From Auanema rhodensis (Eukaryota; Animalia; Nematoda): 64,000 nucleotides of DNA. The stretch spans positions 5,890,001 through 5,954,000 of the forward strand of contig OZ059896.1 in assembly GCA_964057225.1 (NCBI GenBank), written 5' to 3'. Below are positions 28,601-42,917 of this stretch, one piece after another. The notes under the pieces were generated by a model. The model was given only the letters and a program-made list of their open reading frames with translations, did no database searches and was not told where the DNA came from. Both the position numbers and the translations under genes were made by a program. Numbering within the stretch: the stretch's first letter is position 1; every line of letters begins with the position of its first letter.

Positions 28601-31600
28601 CGAAAAATTTCAGAATAATTTAGCAAAAAGTAGATGTTTTTAGATTCCTTTTTTCAAGGCAAAAACGATGGACAATGTCATTCAACGAAAAAATTAATTC
28701 TTCAGGGTGAAAATCGAGGATATAGGTGTGAACTTATATCAGTTGATATCTCGGTGCATTTTTAAGCTAGCGCAAATCTGATAGTACAGATCGACGCAGC
28801 TTAAAAATCCGCATCGAATGCACTATATTACATTGAGAAAAGCTAAATACAAAAATTAGTTATGATCGTTTGAAAAATGATGCATTAGTGTATGTTGAGT
28901 TTCCATGTACACTCAAAATTGCTTCCAAAAACATTTTGACAAAAATTTTTTCGAAAAATTTCAGAATAATTTAGCAAAAAGTAGATGTTTTTAGATTCCT
29001 TTTTTCAAGGCAAAAACGATGGACAATGTTATTCAACGAAAAAATTAATTCTTCAGGGTGAAAATCGAGGATATAGGTGTGAACTTATATCAGTTGATTT
29101 CTCGGTGCATTTTCAAGCTAGCGCAAATCTGATAGTACAGATCGACGCAGCTTAAAAATCCGCATCGAATGCACTATACTACATTGAGAAACGCTTAATA
29201 CAAAAATTAGTTATGATCGTTTGAAAAATGATGCATTAGTGTATGTTGAGTTTCCATGTACACTCAAAATTGCTTCCAAAAACATTTTGACAAAAATTTT
29301 TTCGAAAAATTTCAGAATAATTTAGCAAAAAGTAGATGTTTTTAGATTCCTTTTTTCAAGGCAAAAACGATGGACAATGTTATTCAACGAAAAAATTGAT
29401 TCTTCAGGGTGAAAATCGAGGATATAGGTGTGAACTTATATCAGTTGATATCTCGGTGCATTTTTAAGCTAGCGCAAATCTGATAACACAGATCGACGCA
29501 GCTTAAAAATCCGCATCGAATGCACTATACTACATTGAGAAACGCTTAATACAAAAATTAGTTATGATCGTTTGAAAAATGATGCATTAGTGTATGTTGA
29601 GTTTCCATGTACACTCAAAATTGCTTCCAAAAACATTTTGACAAAAATTTTTTCGAAAAATTTCAGAATAATTTAGCAAAAAGTAGATGTTTTTAGATTC
29701 CTTTTTTCAAGGCAAAAACGATGGACAATGTCATTCAACGAAAAAATTAATTCTTCAGGGTGAAAATCGAGGATATAGGTGTGAACTTATATCAGTTGAT
29801 ATCTCGGTGCATTTTTAAGCTAGCGCAAATCTGATAGTACAGATCGACGCAGCTTAAAAATCCGCATCGAATGCACTATATTACATTGAGAAAAGCTAAA
29901 TACAAAAATTAGTTATGATCGTTTGAAAAATGATGCATTAGTGTATGTTGAGTTTCCATGTACACTCAAAATTGCTTCCAAAAACATTTTGACAAAAATT
30001 TTTTCGAAAAATTTCAGAATAATTTAGCAAAAAGTAGATGTTTTTAGATTCCTTTTTTCAAGGCAAAAACGATGGACAATGTCATTCAACGAAAAAATTA
30101 ATTCTTCAGGGTGAAAATCGAGGATATAGGTGTGAACTTATATCAGTTGATTTCTCGGTGCATTTTCAAGCTAGCGCAAATCTGATAGTACAGATCGACG
30201 CAGCTTAAAAATCCGCATCGAATGCACTATACTACATTGAGAAACGCTTAATACAAAAATTAGTTATGATCGTTTGAAAAATGATGCATTAGTGTATGTT
30301 GAGTTTCCATGTACACTCAAAATTGCTTCCAAAAACATTTTGACAAAAATTTTTTCGAAAAATTTCAGAATAATTTAGCAAAAAGTAGATGTTTTTAGAT
30401 TCCTTTTTTCAAGGCAAAAACGATGGACAATGTCATTCAACGAAAAAATTAATTCTTCAGGGTGAAAATCGAGGATATAGGTGTGAACTTATATCAGTTG
30501 ATATCTCGGTGCATTTTTAAGCTAGCGCAAATCTGATAACACAGATCGACGCAGCTTAAAAATCCGCATCGAATGCACTATACTACATTGAGAAACGCTT
30601 AATACAAAAATTAGTTATGATCGTTTGAAAAATGATGCATTAGTGTATGTTGAGTTTCCATGTACACTCAAAATTGCTTCCAAAAACATTTTGACAAAAA
30701 TTTTTTCGAAAAATTTCAGAATAATTTAGCAAAAAGTAGATGTTTTTAGATTCCTTTTTTCAAGGCAAAAACGATGGACAATGTCATTCAACGAAAAAAT
30801 TAATTCTTCAGGGTGAAAATCGAGGATATAGGTGTGAACTTATATCAGTTGATATCTCGGTGCATTTTTAAGCTAGCGCGAATCTGATAGTACAGATCGA
30901 CGCAGCTTAAAAATCCGCATCGAATGCACTATATTACATTGAGAAAAGCTAAATACAAAAATTAGTTATGATCGTTTGAAAAATGATGCATTAGTGTATG
31001 TTGAGTTTCCATGTACACTCAAAATTGCTTCCAAAAACATTTTGACAAAAATTTTTTCGAAAAATTTCAGAATAATTTAGCAAAAAGTAGATGTTTTTAG
31101 ATTCCTTTTTTTCAAGGCAAAAACGATGGACAATGTCATTCAACGAAAAAATTAATTCTTCAGGGTGAAAATCGAGGATATAGGTGTGAACTTATATCAG
31201 TTGATTTCTCGGTGCATTTTCAAGCTAGCGCAAATCTGATAGTACAGATCGACGCAGCTTAAAAATCCGCATCGAATGCACTATACTACATTGAGAAACG
31301 CTTAATACAAAAATTAGTTATGATCGTTTGAAAAATGATGCATTAGTGTATGTTGAGTTTCCATGTACACTCAAAATTGCTTCCAAAAACATTTTGACAA
31401 AAATTTTTTCGAAAAATTTCAGAATAATTTAGCAAAAAGTAGATGTTTTTAGATTCCTTTTTTCAAGGCAAAAACGATGGACAATGTCATTCAACGAAAA
31501 AATTAATTCTTCAGGGTGAAAATCGAGGATATAGGTGTGAACTTATATCAGTTGATATCTCGGTGCATTTTTAAGCTAGCGCAAATCTGATAACACAGAT

Positions 31601-34600
31601 CGACGCAGCTTAAAAATCCGCATCGAATGCACTATACTACATTGAGAAACGCTTAATACAAAAATTAGTTATGATCGTTTGAAAAATGATGCATTAGTGT
31701 ATGTTGAGTTTCCATGTACACTCAAAATTGCTTCCAAAAACATTTTGACAAAAATTTTTTCGAAAAATTTCAGAATAATTTAGCAAAAAGTAGATGTTTT
31801 TAGATTCCTTTTTTCAAGGCAAAAACGATGGACAATGTTATTCAACGAAAAAATTGATTCTTCAGGGTGAAAATCGAGGATATAGGTGTGAACTTATATC
31901 AGTTGATATCTCGGTGCATTTTTAAGCTAGCGCAAATCTGATAACACAGATCGACGCAGCTTAAAAATCCGCATCGAATGCACTATACTACATTGAGAAA
32001 CGCTTAATACAAAAATTAGTTATGATCGTTTGAAAAATGATGCATTAGTGTATGTTGAGTTTCCATGTACACTCAAAATTGCTTCCAAAAACATTTTGAC
32101 AAAAATTTTTTCGAAAAATTTCAGAATAATTTAGCAAAAAGTAGATGTTTTTAGATTCCTTCTTTCAAGGCAAAAACGATGGACAATGTTATTCAACGAA
32201 AAAATTGATTCTTCAAGGTGAAAATCGAGGATATAGGTGTGAACTTATATCAGTTGATATCTCGGTGCATTTTAAGCTAGCGCAAATCTGATAACACAGA
32301 TCGACGCAGCTTAAAAATCCGCATCGAATGCACTATACTACATTGAGAAACGCTTAATACAAAAATTAGTTATGATCGTTTGAAAAATGATGCATTAGTG
32401 TATGTTGAGTTTCCATGTACACTCAAAATTGCTTCCAAAAACATTTTGACAAAAATTTTTTCGAAAAATTTCAGAATAATTTAGCAAATAGTAGATGTTT
32501 TTAGATTCCTTTTTTCAAGGCAAAAACGATGGACAATGTCATTCAACGAAAAAATTAATTCTTCAGGGTGAAAATCGAGGATATAGGTGTGAACTTATAT
32601 CAGTTGATATCTCGGTGCATTTTCAAGCTAGCGCAAATCTGATAACACAGATCGACGCAGCTTAAAAATCCGCATCGAATGCACTATACTACATTGAGAA
32701 AAGTTAAATACAAAAATTAGTTATGATCGTTTGAAAAATGATGCATTAGTGTATGTTGAGTTTCCATGTACACTCAAAATTGCTTCCAAAAACATTTTGA
32801 CAAAAATTTTTTCGAAAAATTTCAGAATAATTTAGCAAAAAGTAGATGTTTTTAGATTCCTTTTTTCAAGGCAAAAACGATGGACAATGTTATTCAACGA
32901 AAAAATTAATTCTTCAGGGTGAAAATCGAGGATATAGGTGTGAACTTATATCAGTTGATATCTCGGTGCATTTTCAAGCTAGCGCAAATCTGATAACACA
33001 GATCGACGCAGCTTAAAAATCCGCATCGAATGCACTATACTACATTGAGAAAAGCTAAATACAAAAATTAGTTATGATCGTTTGAAAAATGATGCATTAG
33101 TGTATGTTGAGTTTCCATGTACACTCAAAATTGCTTCCAAAAACATTTTGACAAAAATTTTTTCGAAAAATTTCAGAATAATTTAGCAAAAAGTAGATGT
33201 TTTTAGATTCCTTTTTTCAAGGCAAAAACGATGGACAATGTTATTCAACGAAAAAATTAATTCTTCAGGGTGAAAATCGAGGATATAGGTGTGAACTTTG
33301 ATATCTCGGTGCAATGTCAAGCTAGCGCAAATCTGATAGTACAGATCGACGCAGCTTAAAAATCCGCATCGATTGCACTATACTACATTGAGAAAAGCTA
33401 AATACAAAAATTAGTTATGATCGTTTGAAAAATGATGCATTAGTGTATGTTGAGTTTCCATGTACACTCAAAATTTCTTCCAAAAACATTTTGACAAAAA
33501 TTTTTTCGAAAAATTTCAAAATAATTTAGCAAAAAGTAGATGTTTTTAGATTTCTTTTTTCAAGGCAAAAACGATGGACAATGTTATTCAACGAAAAAAT
33601 TAATTCTTCAGGGTGAAAATCGAGGATATAAGTGTGAACTTATATCAGTTGATATCTCGGTGCATTTTTAAGCTAGCGCAAATCTGATAACACAGATCGA
33701 CGCAGCTTAAAAATCCGCATCGAATGCACTATATTCCATTGAGAAAAGCTAAATACAAAAATTAGTTATGATCGTTTGAAAAATGATGCATTAGTGTATG
33801 TTGAGTTTCCATGTACACTCAAAATTGCTTCCAAAAACATTTTGACAAAAATTTTTTCGAAAAATTTCAGAATAATTTAGCAAAAAGTAGATGTTTTTAG
33901 TTTCCTTTTTTCAAGGCAAAAACGATGGACAATGTCATTCAACGAAAAAATTAATTCTTCAGGGTGAAAATCGAGGATATACGTGTGAACTTATATCAGT
34001 TGATTTCTCGGTGCATTTTCAAGCTAGCGCAAATCTGATAGTACAGATCGACGCAGCTTAAAAATCCGCATCGAATGCACTATATTACATTGAGAAAAGC
34101 TAAATACAAAAATTAGTTATGATCGTTTGAAAAATGATGCATTAGTGTATGTTGAGTTTCCATGTACACTCAAAATTGCTTCCAAAAACAGTTTGACAAA
34201 AATTTTTTCGAAAAATTTCAAATTAATTTAGTAAAAAGTAGATGTTTTTAGATTCCTTTTTTCAAGGCAAAAACGATGGACAATGTTATTCAACGAAAAA
34301 ATTAATTCTTCAGGGTGAAAATCGAGGATATAAGTGTGAACTTATATCAGTTGATATCTCGGTGCATTTTTAAGCTAGCGCAAATCTGATAACACAGATC
34401 GACGCAGCTTAAAAATCCGCATCGCATGCACTATATTACATTGAGAAAAGCTAAATACAAAAATTAGTTATGATCGTTTGGAAAATGATGCATTAGTGTA
34501 TGTTGAGTTTCCATGTACACTCAAAATTTCTTCCAAAAACATTTTGACAAAAATTTTTTCGAAAAATTTCAAAATAATTTAGTAAAGAGTAGATGTTTTT

Positions 34601-35913
34601 AGATTCCTTTTTTCAAGGCAAAAACGATAGACAATGTCATTCAACGAAAAAATTGATTCTTCAAGGTGAAAATCGAGGATATAGGTGTGAACTTATATCA
34701 GTTGATATCTCGGTGCATTTTTAAGCTAGCGCAAATCTGATAACACAGATCGACGCAGCTTAAAAATCCGCATCGAATGCACTATATTCCATTGAGAAAA
34801 GCTAAATACAAAAATTAGTTATGATCGTTAGAAAAATGATGCATTAGTGTATGTTGAGTTTCCATGTACACTCAACATTGCTTCCGAAAACATTTTGACA
34901 AAAATTTTTTCGAAAAATTTCAAAATAATTTAGCAAAAAGTAGATGTTTTTAGATTCCTTTTTTCAAGACAAAAACGATGGACAATGTTATTCAACGAAA
35001 AAATTGATTCTTCAAGGTGAAAATCGAGGATTTAGGTGTGAACTTATATCAGTTGATATCTCGGTGCATTTTTAAGCTAGCGCAAATCTGATAACACAGA
35101 TCGACGCAGCTTAAAAATCCGCATCGAATGCACTATATTCCATTGAGAAAAGCTAAATACAAAAATTAGTTATGATCGTTAGAAAAATGATGCATTAGTG
35201 TATGTTGAGTTTCCATGTACACTCAACATTGCTTCCAAAAACATTTTGACAAAAATTTTTTCGAAAAATTTCAAAATAATTTAGCAAAAAGTAGATGTTT
35301 TTAGATTCCTTTTTTCAAGGCAAAAACGATGGACAATGTTATTCAACGAAAAAATTAATTCTTCAGGGTGAAAATCGAGGATATAAGTGTGAACTTATAT
35401 CAGTTGATATCTCGGTGCATTTTTAAGCTAGCGCAAATCTGATAACACAGATCGACGCAGCTTAAAAATCCGCATCGAATGCACTATATTCCATTGAGAA
35501 AAGCTAAATACAAAAATTAGTTATGATCGTTAGAAAAATGATGCATTAGTGTATGTTGAGTTTCCATGTACACTCAACATTGCTTCCAAAAACATTTTGA
35601 CAAAAATTTTTTCGAAAAATTTCAAAATAATTTAGTAAAAAGTAGATGTTTTTAGATTCCTTTTTTCAAGGCAAAAACGATGGACAATGTTATTCAACGA
35701 AAAAATTAATTCTTCAGGGTGAAAATCGAGGATATAAGTGTGAACTTATATCAGTTGATATCTCGGTGCATTTTTAAGCTAGCGCAAATCTGATAACACA
35801 GATCGACGCAGCTTAAAAATCCGCATCGAATGCACTATATTCCATTGAGAAAAGCTAAATACAAAAATTAGTTATGATCGTTTGAAAAATGATGCATTAG
35901 TGTATGTTGAGTT

Positions 35914-38900
35914 TCCATGTACACTCAACATTGCTTCCAAAAACATTTTGACAAAAATTTTTTCGAAAAATTTCAAAATAATTTAGCAAAAAGTAGATGT
36001 TTTTAGATTCCTTTTTTCAAGGCAAAAACGATAGACAATGTTATTCAACGAAAAAATTGATTCTTCAAGGTGAAAATCGAGGATATAGGTGTGAACTTAT
36101 ATCAGTTGATATCTCGGTGCATTGTCAAGCTAGCGCAAATCTGATAGTACAGATCGACGCAGCTTAAAAATCCGCATCGAATGCACTATACTACATTGAG
36201 AAAAGCTAAATACAAAAATTAGTTATGATCGTTTGAAAAATGATGCATTAGTGTATGTTGAGTTTCCATGTACACTCAACATTGCTTCCAAAAACATTTT
36301 GACAAAAATTTTTTCGAAAAATTTCAAAATAATTTAGTAAAAAGTAGATGTTTTTAGATTCCTTTTTTCAAGGCAAAAACGATAGACAATGTTATTCAAC
36401 GAAAAAATTAATTCTTCAGGGTGAAAATCGAGGATATAAGTGTGAACTTATATCAGTTGATATCTCGGTGCATTTTTAAGCTAGCGCAAATCTGATAACA
36501 CAGATCGACGCAGCTTAAAAATCCGCATTGAATGCACTATACTACATTGAGAAACGCTTAATACAAAAATTAGTTATGATCGTTTGAAAAATGATGCATT
36601 AGTGTATGTTGAGTTTCCATGTACACTCAACATTGCTTCCAAAAACATTTTGACAAAAATTTTTTCGAAAAATTTCAAAATAATTTAGCAAAAAGTAGAT
36701 GTTTTTAGATTCCTTTTTTCAAGGCAAAAACGATAGACAATGTTATTCAACGAAAAAATTAATTCTTCAGGGTGAAAATCGAGGATATAAGTGTGAACTT
36801 ATATCAGTTGATATCTCGGTGCATTTTTAAGCTAGCGCAAATCTGATAACACAGATCGACGCAGCTTAAAAATCCGCATCGAATGCACTATACTACATTG
36901 AGAAACGCTTAATACAAAAATTAGTTATGATCGTTTGAAAAATGATGCATTAGTGTATGTTGAGTTTCCATGTACACTCAAAATTGCTTCCAAAAACATT
37001 TTGACAAAAATTTTTTCGAAAAATTTCAGAATAATTTAGCAAAAAGTAGATGTTTTTAGATTCCTTTTTTCAAGGCAAAAACGATGGACAATGTTATTCA
37101 ACGAAAAAATTGATTCTTCAAGGTGAAAATCGAGGATATAGGTGTGAACTTATATCAGTTGATATCTCGGTGCATTTTTAAGCTAGCGCAAATCTGATAA
37201 CACAGATCGACGCAGCTTAAAAATCCGCATCGAATGCACTATACTACATTGAGAAAAGCTAAATACAAAAATTAGTTATGATCGTTTGAAAAATGATGCA
37301 TTAGTGTATGTTGAGTTTCCATGTACACTCAAAATTGCTTCCAAAAACATTTTGACAAAAATTTTTTCGAAAAATTTCAGAATAATTTAGCAAAAAGTAG
37401 ATGTTTTTAGATTCCTTTTTTCAAGGCAAAAACGATGGACAATGTTATTCAACGAAAAAATTAATTCTTCAGGGTGAAAATCGAGGATATAGGTGTGAAC
37501 TTATATCAGTTGATTTCTCGGTGCATTTTCAAGCTAGCGCAAATCTGATAGTACAGATCGACGCAGCTTAAAAATCCGCATCGAATGCACTATACTACAT
37601 TGAGAAACGCTTAATACAAAAATTAGTTATGATCGTTTGAAAAATGATGCATTAGTGTATGTTGAGTTTCCATGTACACTCAAAATTGCTTCCAAAAACA
37701 TTTTGACAAAAATTTTTTCGAAAAATTTCAGAATAATTTAGCAAAAAGTAGATGTTTTTAGATTCCTTTTTTCAAGGCAAAAACGATGGACAATGTCATT
37801 CAACGAAAAAATTAATTCTTCAGGGTGAAAATCGAGGATATAGGTGTGAACTTATATCAGTTGATATCTCGGTGCATTTGTAAGCTAGCGCAAATCTGAT
37901 AACACAGATCGACGCAGCTTAAAAATCCGCATCGAATGCACTATACTACATTGAGAAACGCTTAATACAAAAATTAGTTATGATCGTTTGAAAAATGATG
38001 CATTAGTGTATGTTGAGTTTCCATGTACACTCAAAATTGCTTCCAAAAACATTTTGACAAAAATTTTTTCGAAAAATTTCAGAATAATTTAGCAAAAAGT
38101 AGATGTTTTTAGATTCCTTTTTTCAAGGCAAAAACGATGGACAATGTTATTCAACGAAAAAATTGATTCTTCAAGGTGAAAATCGAGGATATAGGTGTGA
38201 ACTTATATCAGTTGATATCTCGGTGCATTTTCAAGCTAGCGCAAATCTGATAACACAGATCGACGCAGCTTAAAAATCCGCATCGAATGCACTATACTAC
38301 ATTGAGAAACGCTTAATACAAAAATTAGTTATGATCGTTTGAAAAATGATGCATTAGTGTATGTTGAGTTTCCATGTACACTCAAAATTGCTTCCAAAAA
38401 CATTTTGACAAAAATTTTTTCGAAAAATTTCAGAATAATTTAGCAAAAAGTAGATGTTTTTAGATTCCTTTTTTCAAGGCAAAAACGATGGACAATGTTA
38501 TTCAACGAAAAAATTAATTCTTCAGGGTGAAAATCGAGGATATAGGTGTGAACTTTGATATCTCGGTGCAATGTCAAGCTAGCGCAAATCTGATAGTACA
38601 GATCGACGCAGCTTAAAAATCCGCATCGATTGCACTATACTACATTGAGAAAAGCTAAATACAAAAATTAGTTATGATCGTTTGAAAAATGATGCATTAG
38701 TGTATGTTGAGTTTCCATGTACACTCAAAATTTCTTCCAAAAACATTTTGACAAAAATTTTTTCGAAAAATTTCAAAATAATTTAGCAAAAAGTAGATGT
38801 TTTTAGATTTCTTTTTCCAAGGCAAAAACGATGGACAATGTTATTCAACGAAAAAATTAATTCTTCAGGGTGAAAATCGAGGATATAAGTGTGAACTTAT

Positions 38901-41900
38901 ATCAGTTGATATCTCGGTGCATTTTTAAGCTAGCGCAAATCTGATAACACAGATCGACGCAGCTTAAAAATCCGCATCGAATGCACTATACTACATTGAG
39001 AAACGCTTAATACAAAAATTAGTTATGATCGTTTGAAAAATGATGCATTAGTGTATGTTGAGTTTCCATGTACACTCAAAATTGCTTCCAAAAACATTTT
39101 GACAAAAATTTTTTCGAAAAATTTCAGAATAATTTAGCAAAAAGTAGATGTTTTTAGATTCCTTTTTTCAAGGCAAAAACGATGGACAATGTTATTCAAC
39201 GAAAAAATTGATTCTTCAAGGTGAAAATCGAGGATATAGGTGTGAACTTATATCAGTTGATATCTCGGTGCATTTTCAAGCTAGCGCAAATCTGATAACA
39301 CAGATCGACGCAGCTTAAAAATCCGCATCGAATGCACTATACTACATTGAGAAACGCTTAATACAAAAATTAGTTATGATCGTTTGAAAAATGATGCATT
39401 AGTGTATGTTGAGTTTCCATGTACACTCAACATTGCTTCCAAAAACATTTTGACAAAAATTTTTTCGAAAAATTTCAAAATAATTTAGCAAAAAGTAGAT
39501 GTTTTTAGATTCCTTTTTTCAAGGCAAAAACGATAGACAATGTTATTCAACGAAAAAATTGATTCTTCAAGGTGAAAATCGAGGATATAGGTGTGAACTT
39601 ATATCAGTTGATATCTCGGTGCATTGTCAAGCTAGCGCAAATCTGATAGTACAGATCGACGCAGCTTAAAAATCCGCATCGAATGCACTATACTACATTG
39701 AGAAAAGCTAAATACAAAAATTAGTTATGATCGTTTGAAAAATGATGCATTAGTGTATGTTGAGTTTCCATGTACACTCAACATTGCTTCCAAAAACATT
39801 TTGACAAAAATTTTTTCGAAAAATTTCAAAATAATTTAGTAAAAAGTAGATGTTTTTAGATTCCTTTTTTCAAGGCAAAAACGATAGACAATGTTATTCA
39901 ACGAAAAAATTAATTCTTCAGGGTGAAAATCGAGGATATAAGTGTGAACTTATATCAGTTGATATCTCGGTGCATTTTTAAGCTAGCGCAAATCTGATAA
40001 CACAGATCGACGCAGCTTAAAAATCCGCATTGAATGCACTATACTACATTGAGAAACGCTTAATACAAAAATTAGTTATGATCGTTTGAAAAATGATGCA
40101 TTAGTGTATGTTGAGTTTCCATGTACACTCAACATTGCTTCCAAAAACATTTTGACAAAAATTTTTTCGAAAAATTTCAAAATAATTTAGCAAAAAGTAG
40201 ATGTTTTTAGATTCCTTTTTTCAAGGCAAAAACGATAGACAATGTTATTCAACGAAAAAATTAATTCTTCAGGGTGAAAATCGAGGATATAAGTGTGAAC
40301 TTATATCAGTTGATATCTCGGTGCATTTTTAAGCTAGCGCAAATCTGATAACACAGATCGACGCAGCTTAAAAATCCGCATCGAATGCACTATACTACAT
40401 TGAGAAACGCTTAATACAAAAATTAGTTATGATCGTTTGAAAAATGATGCATTAGTGTATGTTGAGTTTCCATGTACACTCAAAATTGCTTCCAAAAACA
40501 TTTTGACAAAAATTTTTTCGAAAAATTTCAGAATAATTTAGCAAAAAGTAGATGTTTTTAGATTCCTTTTTTCAAGGCAAAAACGATGGACAATGTTATT
40601 CAACGAAAAAATTGATTCTTCAAGGTGAAAATCGAGGATATAGGTGTGAACTTATATCAGTTGATATCTCGGTGCATTTTTAAGCTAGCGCAAATCTGAT
40701 AACACAGATCGACGCAGCTTAAAAATCCGCATCGAATGCACTATACTACATTGAGAAAAGCTAAATACAAAAATTAGTTATGATCGTTTGAAAAATGATG
40801 CATTAGTGTATGTTGAGTTTCCATGTACACTCAAAATTGCTTCCAAAAACATTTTGACAAAAATTTTTTCGAAAAATTTCAGAATAATTTAGCAAAAAGT
40901 AGATGTTTTTAGATTCCTTTTTTCAAGGCAAAAACGATGGACAATGTTATTCAACGAAAAAATTAATTCTTCAGGGTGAAAATCGAGGATATAGGTGTGA
41001 ACTTATATCAGTTGATTTCTCGGTGCATTTTCAAGCTAGCGCAAATCTGATAGTACAGATCGACGCAGCTTAAAAATCCGCATCGAATGCACTATACTAC
41101 ATTGAGAAACGCTTAATACAAAAATTAGTTATGATCGTTTGAAAAATGATGCATTAGTGTATGTTGAGTTTCCATGTACACTCAAAATTGCTTCCAAAAA
41201 CATTTTGACAAAAATTTTTTCGAAAAATTTCAGAATAATTTAGCAAAAAGTAGATGTTTTTAGATTCCTTTTTTCAAGGCAAAAACGATGGACAATGTCA
41301 TTCAACGAAAAAATTAATTCTTCAGGGTGAAAATCGAGGATATAGGTGTGAACTTATATCAGTTGATATCTCGGTGCATTTGTAAGCTAGCGCAAATCTG
41401 ATAACACAGATCGACGCAGCTTAAAAATCCGCATCGAATGCACTATACTACATTGAGAAACGCTTAATACAAAAATTAGTTATGATCGTTTGAAAAATGA
41501 TGCATTAGTGTATGTTGAGTTTCCATGTACACTCAAAATTGCTTCCAAAAACATTTTGACAAAAATTTTTTCGAAAAATTTCAGAATAATTTAGCAAAAA
41601 GTAGATGTTTTTAGATTCCTTTTTTCAAGGCAAAAACGATGGACAATGTTATTCAACGAAAAAATTGATTCTTCAAGGTGAAAATCGAGGATATAGGTGT
41701 GAACTTATATCAGTTGATATCTCGGTGCATTTTCAAGCTAGCGCAAATCTGATAACACAGATCGACGCAGCTTAAAAATCCGCATCGAATGCACTATACT
41801 ACATTGAGAAACGCTTAATACAAAAATTAGTTATGATCGTTTGAAAAATGATGCATTAGTGTATGTTGAGTTTCCATGTACACTCAAAATTGCTTCCAAA

Positions 41901-42917
41901 AACATTTTGACAAAAATTTTTTCGAAAAATTTCAGAATAATTTAGCAAAAAGTAGATGTTTTTAGATTCCTTTTTTCAAGGCAAAAACGATGGACAATGT
42001 TATTCAACGAAAAAATTAATTCTTCAGGGTGAAAATCGAGGATATAGGTGTGAACTTTGATATCTCGGTGCAATGTCAAGCTAGCGCAAATCTGATAGTA
42101 CAGATCGACGCAGCTTAAAAATCCGCATCGATTGCACTATACTACATTGAGAAAAGCTAAATACAAAAATTAGTTATGATCGTTTGAAAAATGATGCATT
42201 AGTGTATGTTGAGTTTCCATGTACACTCAAAATTTCTTCCAAAAACATTTTGACAAAAATTTTTTCGAAAAATTTCAAAATAATTTAGCAAAAAGTAGAT
42301 GTTTTTAGATTTCTTTTTCCAAGGCAAAAACGATGGACAATGTTATTCAACGAAAAAATTAATTCTTCAGGGTGAAAATCGAGGATATAAGTGTGAACTT
42401 ATATCAGTTGATATCTCGGTGCATTTTTAAGCTAGCGCAAATCTGATAACACAGATCGACGCAGCTTAAAAATCCGCATCGAATGCACTATACTACATTG
42501 AGAAACGCTTAATACAAAAATTAGTTATGATCGTTTGAAAAATGATGCATTAGTGTATGTTGAGTTTCCATGTACACTCAAAATTGCTTCCAAAAACATT
42601 TTGACAAAAATTTTTTCGAAAAATTTCAGAATAATTTAGCAAAAAGTAGATGTTTTTAGATTCCTTTTTTCAAGGCAAAAACGATGGACAATGTTATTCA
42701 ACGAAAAAATTGATTCTTCAAGGTGAAAATCGAGGATATAGGTGTGAACTTATATCAGTTGATATCTCGGTGCATTTTCAAGCTAGCGCAAATCTGATAA
42801 CACAGATCGACGCAGCTTAAAAATCCGCATCGAATGCACTATACTACATTGAGAAACGCTTAATACAAAAATTAGTTATGATCGTTTGAAAAATGATGCA
42901 TTAGTGTATGTTGAGTT
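35914..42917 (+). repeat. 10-monomer higher-order tandem duplication (3502 bp x2)
   Basis: Private markers catttgtaag (37880, 41382), gcattgaat (~36528, ~40030) and the 8-bp deletion (~38555, ~42057) all lie at offset 3502 = 9x351+343. Confidence 0.92.

Noticed and set aside
12640-32280. Isolated single-base indels and singletons (e.g. 12900, 12986, 31110, 30880, 32162)
   Set aside because: Singletons, several in homopolymers, cannot be distinguished from consensus errors. Only recurrent ones such as gcattttaag were used as markers.
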